Assembly (NCBI GenBank): GCA_030167865.1
Contig: JALAGF010001350.1
Location: 1 to 49,064 of the forward strand
Source: Craspedostauros australis
Taxonomy: Eukaryota
Direction: 5' to 3'
DNA: 49,064 nt
Under the pieces are notes generated by a model, which was given only the letters and a program-made list of their open reading frames with translations, searched no databases and had not been told where the DNA came from. Shown piece by piece: positions 39,631-49,064 of the stretch. Position 1 is the first letter of the stretch, and every line of letters begins with the position of its first letter. The position numbers and the translations under genes are program-made.

Positions 39631-39954
39631 TCGGTGAATTGGGAATGCAATTTTATCAGCCGTGGCAGCAGTGCATATAATAGTTCGATAGCTGAATGAA
39701 CTAGTGCAATGTTCTACTGTGTCTTGTATCCTCGCATGTGCGATAATAGCTTGGAGTATGAAATCGCGCAAGTCTACGTTTTGTTATTGAGTGGTGCAGA
39801 TATAATAGTTGGTTGAGATGATGCTGATTCCTTTCAGCCCTCGATGCTCTGCTCGTCTTGTTGAGGCTGCGCGACGGGTATGCCACTCCGTAGTATCAAC
39901 GGAGTACGTAGACATGCTCGAGCAGAGTCTTCCACTCCAATTCACCGTTCGACT

Positions 39955-40401
39955 CTACTCCGTCCGCTCGCTGACGTAGATCAAATGATACCCAAACTGC
40001 GTCTTGATGGGACCATGCACCACCCCCACATCATCGTTGAAGACCACGGTGTCGAACTCTTTCACCATCTGTCCAGGCCCGAACTGACCCAAGCTGCCAC
40101 CCTGACGGCTCGATGGACAGGCCGAGTACTTCGTCGCGGCCTCGGCGAACTTGATGGGGCTGTTGTCGATCTCCGCCTTGAGGTCCTCCAGCTTGTTCTC
40201 GGCCTCGGCTCCGCCCTTGATCAGGATATGCGACGCTGTGGCCTTCGTGGTGAAGCGCTTCAGGAAGTCACCGAAGAAGCCATGCAGCTGCTGCGTGTTG
40301 CTGCGCTGCGCAGAACGGTGGTGGATGGGCTGGAAGGCCTCGACGGCCATCAGCGACCAGCTGCACGCGAAGAGCACAAGGAGATGGATGAGGCGGTTCA
40401 T
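39955..40401 (-). CDS. Parvulin (PpiC-type) peptidyl-prolyl isomerase, plastid-targeted
   Basis: ATASHILIK, FAEAATKYSACPS...GGSLG.F.PGQMVKEFD, GPIKTQFGYHLI. Signal peptide VEA|F followed by a transit peptide. Confidence 0.95.
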   Translation of the reverse strand: MNRLIHLLVLFACSWSLMAVEAFQPIHHRSAQRSNTQQLHGFFGDFLKRFTTKATASHILIKGGAEAENKLEDLKAEIDNSPIKFAEAATKYSACPSSRQGGSLGQFGPGQMVKEFDTVVFNDDVGVVHGPIKTQFGYHLIYVSERTE

Positions 40402-40816
40402 GATGTTTCCGTTGAAACTGTTGCGGACTGTGAGCGTTGCAAAGAAGGTTGCTGATGCTGATGTTGATGTTATGAAGAGATGAGCGGCAAGGGGAGACGC
40501 CTTGACACCACATGACGTCAAAAGAGAGGCGCAACGAGGCGAAGGGAGGAACGTGTGAGGAGGTGGGAACAAGCGTCCCATTTTGTGGAAAGATACTTCA
40601 ATCACGGATATTACGGGACTCATTAACGTGACTGAACCTTTGGGTGTCTGTGACGATGGTGAGTACGCGTCGTAATGCGGCACCACGGCATGGATTGAAT
40701 GTAAAATCAAGTACGAAGAGCATACCTCTGCTTCGATGGTCGGAAGTACCCTTACTCTACAAACAGTATGCCATGCCATGCCATGCGATGCCCTGTCATG
40801 ATGTAAATAAAGCGCA

Positions 40817-43800
40817 CTATGGTATGCTGTAAGGCCGGAAATCACGTGGCGGTTTGCCATCATGTTTCTTGATTTGCGCCACAAAGTACTTGGAGGGTCC
40901 ATCCTCGAAGGTGTCCAGAATGTGCTGAAAGCATACCGCAGCGTTGTCCCAATCCCTGTTGTAATATGCCTGCAGACCTTGATCGAACTTGTGAAAGAAG
41001 AGCCCGTGGACGTACCGATCGCGGATGCGCTTCATGTCGGACCGGTGCCACGAGTTGAGGTTGTACGGCAAGGGGCCCGTCGGGAGGCGCAATTCGGCCA
41101 TGCCTGCGCCGTTGTTGGCGTTGTTGAAGTCACCGGCCTCGGAGACGTTGGAGCTGACGCTCGTGCCGGCGTGGTGGCCGTGGTGCGACGTCGGTCCGTC
41201 ACCGCCGTTGGAAGCCAGCTCTTCGCTCGGGTTCACCTTCTGGATCATGCTGCGCCTTCGTCGCATGCCGCGTGCCGAGGTCTGGGGACGCCGGTTCAAC
41301 CTCTTGCCTTGCAGCGTGATGGATCCATCGCGGATTGAATCCGTGTCGGAGTGGACGTCAGATCCGGTGCCGGGTCGACGGAACGGCGTGCGGAACAGTG
41401 CGTCGATGTCCATGTCGAACGTGAACAGGTCCATCCTATCGCCGGAGGGTTCGCCAAGGTAGCCGTCGTCCGCATCCACGTCCTCGTCGTCATCCAGCAG
41501 CATCACCTTGTCCACCATGCGGCATTTCTGCCTCGTCTTGGGATGCAGCAGCTCGTGGAAGCTGTCGGACATGAGCATCTTGACACCGTACTTCTTGGTC
41601 GACGACTCCAGGAATTCCGAACGCTCCACCGCCTCCGAAACGTACGTCGCGTCGATCTTGCGCTGCGAACCGATGGCGCCTTGCACTGCCTTGCCGGCGT
41701 GGATGCCGAATCCCATCTGCACGACGGGTCCCGGCCGTTTCGACAGCTTGTTGAGCAAGCGCTCGCGTGCAGCCTCGCTCATGGTTTCGATGTAGTACTT
41801 GTCATGATGCAGCGAGATGCAGATCTTGATGACGGAAAACAGAGCCTTGTCGGCCTGGAAGTTCTTGGCTCGCGCGATGCGGCCACTGTTGTTCCTGCCG
41901 GCTTCAGCGTTGCTGCCGTCGTCCAGGATCCAGCTCACGAGGAAGGCATCGCCCACGTTCTTGTTGGCCGATCCACCGAAGGCGTGGCAGAAGGAATGCA
42001 CGACGGCTGCGATCTTGTTGGTGAACACGAAGACTTCCTCCTGCAGGCATTCCGTGGCATCCGTGAATTGCCGAATGTCGCAGAACAGGAAGATGCATGA
42101 CACGGTCGTACCTTGCTCCGTCAAGTTCAGCATGGTGTCCGATCCCTTTTGCAGATTCTTGCGAATGATCTCGACACCGGCGCTGCCGAAGCCGACCTTC
42201 ATCAAGGAACCGATACGCAGGATGGTGGACATGAGGAAGGAGGTTTCCATCCCGCGCAGCACTTCCTTGGTCCACCGCGTGTTGCGAATCAGCGTGTCTT
42301 CCTCGGCCAAGAAGCGCTTGAAACGCGACGTGCTCTGATAGCCCAACGGATCCAGCATGAGCATGCCGAGCAGCCGCACCATGCGTTCGATGGGCGTGAC
42401 GACCAGGCTCATGACGGGTCCCGCGAAGGCCGTGACGCCCAAAAACCAAAGCAGCAGAACGAAGAGGGTCGCCGATATTTCCGCCCATGCCGAGTGGACA
42501 CGTTCGGAGCGGTAGGCGAACTGTCCCTTCGTCTGCTTGTCGTCGGTGTCGCTGACCGTGATGATGAGCTTCTCGCGGTCCCGCAGGTCGTCAATGGAGG
42601 CGCCCTTCTCGCGGACGTCGTCGAATTCCAGCACCGTCTCATTCTGCAGCTGGTACCAGAAGAGATCATGCGCGGAGGTCCGCTTGGCCGCCTGCAGCGC
42701 CTGGTGTTGGAATGCCGTGTGCTGCGTCTGCTTGTGCAGGACGACCATGGCGTTGAGTCGCGACGATTCCTCCTCGGAGTAGGTGAAGAGGACCGTGAAC
42801 ATGAGCGCCAGGACGATGCCTATGGCCACGCGCTGTCCCGTGAGATCCCGCATGTCGCTACCGATCTGCGATTCGCGTTGCATGGTGGCGCCGTTGCGCG
42901 TGGACGTGGCAGCCGTCGTGACGGTGGCCGTGCCGTTGCGCATCTGCCTGGAACGTCCATTCCACGAGGCCCCCCATTCATCGTCATCTTCCTGGCTGCG
43001 GGCTGCCCGACGCCTGGAACGATTGTAGCGACGAAACGAACGCTGGATCTGCATGGCCGCGATGTGACGCTGGATCTGCACCTTCTTGCTGGGCACGAGA
43101 CCGACGGCACGCAGCATCCACTGCAGCGTGGAAGCCTCGCGCTCGCACTTGACGAGGGAGAGGAGATGCAGCTGCGTTGTGCGCCACGTGACGCGCGTAC
43201 GCGGTAGACGTGAGCGGCTGTGCTCGCTGACGTGGTCCGAACTGAACTCCATGTTGAAGTCGTTGCCGGACATCATGGTGTTGCTGGGGTTGGTGTCGTC
43301 GTCTAGGGCGCTGTCGCGTCGTCGCTTCTGCTGTCGGTTGCGGCGCCATTGGCAGATGTGCCAGACGGGGTTGAGGAGGTGGCTGTTGCGGAAGATCCAG
43401 AAGAAGTCGAACATGGAGGATCGTTTGACGACCGTGTGGGATCGGACGTAGCGAGCGACGCGCAAGGTGCGGAAGATGATGACGAGGAGGTCGCGCTCCA
43501 GCTCCACTGGTTCGAATCGTGTGATCTTGGTGAAGCCGCTTGTCTGTGAATGAGGAATTGTGCGTCAGGAGGTGTTGGTGCATTGCATGAGTACGAGTAC
43601 AAGCAGGTAGAGGGTGAGTATAGGTGCATGTGCAAACAAATACCACACAGACATGCAACAACATGCAATCCCATACAGACATGCAACAACATACAACAAC
43701 ATGCAATGCCATATAGACATGCAATGACAAGCATTGAAGAAAGAATGACAAGCAAACTCACCGGAACACCATCCAACCCCAACCGAATGTGAATGGAGGG

Positions 43801-44259
43801 ACTCTGAAAGTGATCCGGATTGATGTAGGAAATGTCGTATAGGATCATGCCCGTCGATATGAAGTCGCACCAGAAGATGTAGCTGCCGATGCCGTTGGCC
43901 AGATTGCACTGGAAGTAGTTTGACTTGCACGCGAGACGAAAGCATATCTCGAGCACGAAGAAGAGGAAGGTGATGATGAAGACGATGTCGTTGGTGGCCG
44001 TGGTCGTCGTGAGCAGCAGCTGCTGGATCTGCGTGCCGAAGAGCAGCACGATGGTGAAGAAGGTGGCCAGCAGCCTCCACGCGCGGTGGTCGATGATGCC
44101 CTCTATGATGCCCACGGCTCTGCTGGCGCAGGTCTGGTACCACGGCGGCGTGCGCGGGAACATGTGCCGCGAGGAGTGCTGGCTGTTGGACTGTCCGCGG
44201 AAGGACTGCGAGCTGTAGTTCAGCCCCGCGCCGTCGTACGTGTCTCTTCGGTTCGGCAT
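40817..44259 (-). CDS. Ion-channel-type class III adenylyl cyclase-like protein, paralog 2; exons 44259-43762 and 43543-40817
   Basis: Same architecture as paralog 1: FWCD, FRTLRVARYVR, AAMQIQRSFRRY, KVGFGSAG, FCDIRQFT, NKNVGDAFL, TPR. Phase-0 intron 43761-43544 (GTGAGT...ACAG). Confidence 0.9.
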
Positions 44260-45247
44260 CGTTGCAGTGTGTTACACTCTGTTGCAATCTGTTGTGATGA
44301 GTAGAGAGTGTGGCGCTCTGAGAGTACCAATATTGTGATCTACTCAGAGATCTATTCTACTCGACAGTATTCTGCTCAATCCTCAGATAGATTTGTGATC
44401 AATCCAGTTCAACCCAATCCAATCCAACCCAATCAAAGCCTGATTGCTTGCTTGCTTCACAGATGGTTGATGGATGGAAAGATGGCGAAGGGAAAGTCCC
44501 GCTCCAAGTCGGATTCAGCAGCCTTCCCCTCTTCCTGCCTTCGCTCTCTGCCTCTGTTGCTCTGAATGCCTCTGTCTCTGTCTCCCTTTACTATAGCAGA
44601 ATACTATGCAACCAAGTCACCAGCGATGAACACTCCTCCTTGCAGATCACAGAGTATCGGCAGCAGCAGATCGCACTGTGTTGCTATGCGGAGTACGATC
44701 GGGTCGTGCTTCTATGGTGTTGCAACACAAGAGTTGCTTCCAGAGAGCTGAGATGCAGAGGCGATTCAGCTCTTCTCCTACCCACCTCCACTTTCGCACA
44801 CACACACACCGCTGTTACGACTACAACATTCCCACCAACACACACAACCGTCGCGTTCTTGTTCCGCGGAGAATTCGACATGGCGGTTGATCGCGGTCGT
44901 GTGATGACCACCAAACCCGTTTCCGGCATTGATCAAGCCGATTCAATTCTTCACAAATAACGAAGGCTACATTCACAAATGTAGAGTACTTGATAGTCAC
45001 ATTCACTCAAACGAACGCTCTACTTCTACTCCTTATCTACAGCACAGTTCGTTGAGCCATCATCGTTTCCGTTGACCATAAAATCCATTAATTCCATCCA
45101 TTCCATTACCAATCGTTTGGAGCGCACCACACCACATCACGCCACCACCAAAACCAACACGAATGCATGAACATGCATGTCCGCAAAAGCAATAGTGTGA
45201 GAATCGAGACAGGCTTCACGACAGCACACTTTCACTTGTTAGCATCA

Positions 45248-46093
45248 TCAAAAGTTCATCATGTTGCTCGCAACCACATCTGGATCATCCGGATTGCAGC
45301 ACGGGCAAGCCGCCTGATGGACACCCGGTGCGTAGGCCCTTTCCAACAGGCTGCTTGGTTCTGTTGCGACGGCGTTGCCCACCACAAATTGCGTGTTCGC
45401 GAATGCATCTGCACCACTGCTGCTGTTCCGCAAGAACGCCGATGACGACGACGCACCTTCCGCAGAACCGCCGCCATTCAATGCTGGCGTGAACGTGTCG
45501 TCTTCCGCCGATCGACGAATGACGAAGTTTCCACCATTCGCTTTCGACTCATCCCCCTTGCCGGCATCGCCCTCGGCGATTGTCTTCTCCTCGAATGCCT
45601 CTCCGAACTCCGGCGCGATGCAATCGTTGTCGATGTACCTTTGCAAGCACTGCTGCAGATACGCCGCCATCTCCAGGCGATCCTTTTTCGAATCGTCTTC
45701 CTCCTCGAACAGCTGCGTGATCTGCGCCAGCATCACATCGCGCGCCGCTCGGCACAGCCTGGCCATCGTGCGACGTCCACCTTCAAAGACCGGTGGCAAA
45801 GCATCCAGGATGTCGTCGTCCGTCACGTCCGCCATGGGTTTCAGGATCTTAGTCTTGTACGAGCCTCCGTTCTGGCTTTCGGGCAGCTGCGGCACCAGCT
45901 CCGTGCTGGCATTAGGAAACACGATGATGATGGCCGTCTCCAACGGCACGCAGCCCGGTGCCGTGCACGATACCTGCATCACCATCACGGACGTGCCCAT
46001 GTCCAACGCATCCTCGGGCATCATCGATTCCACCTTCTCCACGATGCGTCGCTTGTGCTGCCGCAGCAGCAGGTTTTCGTTGGCGGAGAACAT
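45248..46093 (-). CDS. Hypothetical protein (281 aa) with CxxPGC and C-terminal CPCC motifs
   Basis: Intact ATG-initiated ORF with gene-like composition; QVSCTAPGCVPLET, KILKPMADVTDDDI, ACPCCNPD. Confidence 0.8.
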   Translation of the reverse strand: MFSANENLLLRQHKRRIVEKVESMMPEDALDMGTSVMVMQVSCTAPGCVPLETAIIIVFPNASTELVPQLPESQNGGSYKTKILKPMADVTDDDILDALPPVFEGGRRTMARLCRAARDVMLAQITQLFEEEDDSKKDRLEMAAYLQQCLQRYIDNDCIAPEFGEAFEEKTIAEGDAGKGDESKANGGNFVIRRSAEDDTFTPALNGGGSAEGASSSSAFLRNSSSGADAFANTQFVVGNAVATEPSSLLERAYAPGVHQAACPCCNPDDPDVVASNMMNF

Positions 46094-47720
46094 GCTGGTG
46101 CCGATCTATTATATCAATTCGAACTACAGAGAGAGACAGAGAGGAATCTGCTCAACGTGCTCCATGAATAGTGCGAGTATGATACGATTCGAATAGTCGT
46201 ATGTGTGAATACGTATGAGTCTCGCTGCGTTTGGAATGAATGAAAGCCGTTGTCGATGTTGTGGTTACGACGGATGCAGTTGCAACCGAGTCGGCGATGT
46301 TGTTGCGTTGGGTGGAGATGATGACAAATGTGGCGGTTTCTTTTCTGTTCGCCGCATTTCTGATCCCGCAAGAATAGACAACATGGATCGAATCGAAAGG
46401 GCCTGTTCAGGAGAAACGGTAATTTAAAATTTACTGTCTATATTTGGCGTCACCGGTTGACGGATTGACACAATTACTGATGGAGTGCGGAGTAACACAA
46501 TCACACAACTTTTCCACTTTCAGGACAAAACGTCAGTTGCACAGCGAGGGTCAAGCCACAACACTTCATCGAAGGACAAATGTCAAAAGGCTGCGCTGTT
46601 GTGTGTGCGACTGAGCACACACAACACAATGTTCCGCAGCTTCGCATCTTGATTCGTTGCTTGCGGAAAGCCATCCATGCGCGAGGCACAGAGTGGAACA
46701 CGGGCTTGCTGTCTCTGCATGCCGGGGTCCAAGCCTGTTGCGAACTTAGGCAAGAGCGCAGGACCACTCTGCCCAGCTTCCGCTGTGTGTGGCTTCCACA
46801 CAACCTGTGGGGGTGGGATAAATCTTTCGTGCCATGTGCGAAGGGCTGGTTGCTGCTTGCAGGAAGACACAAAGGGACAATCACCACAACACAACCCGTC
46901 AGTCGCTGCAAATGAAGATGTTGCTTGCAGGGTTTGTGATGTTTCTTGCCTTCACGACAACAACACACGGCGAAATTGTGGCCGAAAGGACACTTGCATC
47001 ACTTCTTCGCGCGTGTTCTTGTGCTGTCTTTGTTTCGTTCTCGCAAAGTCACAAGTCGGCCGTGATAAAATGACTCATGAACGCGAACAGTCGTTGCACT
47101 TAAAGGTGACGAACCCGGAAAGGTGGGAGTTGTCAAATTGGGGGCAAAATGCGGTACTGTTATGAAATGGCGTGGAAGAGATGGAATCACGATTTCCAAC
47201 GGCGGAAAAGCAACTCGCAGGAGCGACACCGACATGTCCAGCACAGGAACCGGAACAAAAGGGGTGTTCCACCCAACCCCGACCCGCCGCCAAAGCAACA
47301 TAACCTTAACCGCACGTCGACGTGGTGTCAGTGCAGAGGTCGCAGTCCAGTGAACGATCGATCCCTGGGTCATGATTGCGCATCTATTGCTTGCACTGTG
47401 TGGCAGACACCACCACGTTTCCAAGTTGGCACCGCCATCGCCATTGTCGGAGCAAAGCAAAGCAACGCAACCAGCCAGCCAATTGTGTCCAAGGCTTGCT
47501 TCAATCAGCGCGTTCTCCTGTGTTGTGCACAATCGGCTCTTCTCTCCCATCTCTCCATTCTCCATCTGCTCTTGATTCATAACTCCAACTCCAACTCCAA
47601 CTGAGATTTCAACTGCGAGTTCAACCTCACACCAGCTCCACTCGGCCACGCACGAGTATAGTACGAGGACGCTCACAACGGGCATCATCAGCAGCAATAT
47701 CATCATCAGCATCATCATCA

Positions 47721-48936
47721 ATGCCAACATCTAGCATGTGGAAACAGCGCGGATCGGATGCGTCTGTAGTTCTGCCATCGTTGACGCCGTTGGACAGACG
47801 GTCTTCGCACTTGAGGTCATCGACGCATTCAAGGTCGTCACCGCGCCAACGCTTGAGACGCAAGTCATCACTCGTCGGCGGCACCTCCACCAAAGACTTC
47901 GAGGATGACAACACAGTCACCACAGCCGAGAACATCAGCAGCACCGTTGACGAATCGAAACATGAAATATATAACGTCAACGATGATGATGATGATGACG
48001 ACGACGACGACGATGGCCAGGGTAGCGGCAACTGCGACCACAACAACATCGAGAACGATTGCTTGGCAGAGACTAGTGGCGATGCAACTGCTCAGGGAAA
48101 TGCTGGAGTCACACCGGCAGGTGCTTTCCACCACAACAAGATCCATTTCGGCACCTTCGTTGGACGTGAGGACGAGCTAGAACGATTGAACTCCATCTAC
48201 GGCCGCATCTGCCGCAAACCATTGAAGACATCCAGCAGAAATGGCCACAACAAGGACATCCAGATCGTCCTGATTCATGGATACTCCGGATCTGGCAAGT
48301 CGGCGTTGGTGGACCGCTTCCTCGCACGGCTCAACACAGATGGATGCACCCCATCGAGTCCTGCTGTCAAAAACGAAGAGGAAGGTGCGGATACTGGCGA
48401 AGGAGGCATGGGTGCGGCAAAGAAGAAGCGACGAGCGGACTCTCATCCGTGCCACTACGGGAAGGGAAAGTACGATCAGTACAATACAGGGGGCAATCTC
48501 TCCGCCATTGCGGATGCCCTGTCGCACTTCTTCCGCAACCTTGCGGCATCTGGCGATGATGCAGAGTGCCAACGAATCCGAATGAAGATGAGTCGGAGGA
48601 TGGACAAGAGACGGCAGGACCTCGTCCGAAGAGTCATCCCGGGACTCTCGGCTGTGATGGGAGACGCTCCGGAGGATGGGACAGCGGACGGTACCCGACA
48701 GAGCTTGGGAAGCATGAGTATCGGGAGCATGATCCGGAGCAACACGAACGCAAAGATGCAGGGCGACGAAGCATCGCTGGCTATTGGATCAATGTGTACA
48801 GCGAGCATCTTTGAGGCTGACGGGGTTGCAAACACGAACTCCAGAAGCAAGGAGTGGGCTCAGCTCGTTTACACATTCAAGGTGATCCTCAAGGCCATCT
48901 GCACGGATGGTCGTCCACTCGTGCTGTATCTGGATG
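47721..48936 (+). CDS. STAND/AAA_16-type P-loop ATPase, first exon only; the gene continues beyond the window
   Basis: FVGREDELERL, Walker A GYSGSGKS, GKYDQ, and Walker B RPLVLYLD cut by the donor GTGAGT at 48937. Confidence 0.88.
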
Positions 48937-49064
48937 GTGAGTGAACGGGGAGTGAGAGGAATGTATGCTGCACCAATTCCGCATCCGGTTGTTCGCGCCC
49001 AGTTCGCATCCGTGCCGTATCTGTTGAAGCGTATTGGTATCTGTGATCTTCTTGACCTGCATGT

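Noticed and set aside
40402-40902. N-terminal extension of the 315-aa parvulin ORF
   Set aside because: It overlaps the cyclase-2 3' end and UTR; the signal peptide begins at ATG 40401.

Overview
Eukaryotic genomic DNA, most likely a pennate diatom. Support: GT(A/G)-AG introns with many GTACGT donors, bipartite ASAF-type plastid presequences, diatom-type HSFs and a CoDi-like Copia element. The first ~7.8 kb is a nest of retroelement pieces: a long intact ORF resembling non-LTR ORF1 (-), a decayed Ty1/Copia pol with CpG-type mutations (+), and a probable LINE 3' end. The rest holds 13 host genes. In order: a DEK-C-fused ABCG-like protein with a degenerate ATPase, a signal-peptide small HSP, proline dehydrogenase, a plastid hypothetical protein, beta-tubulin head-to-head with its chaperone TBCD, an HSF, a plastid SET protein, a second HSF, two convergent voltage-sensor/IQ/class III cyclase/TPR paralogs flanking a plastid parvulin, a CxxPGC/CPCC protein, and the 5' part of a STAND/AAA ATPase. 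The most striking items are the ion-channel-type adenylyl cyclase pair with a shared non-canonical catalytic motif and an IQ insert, the TUBB-TBCD divergent pair, and the DEK-C/pseudo-ABCG fusion. All calls come from reading motifs and splice sites by eye; no searches were run.
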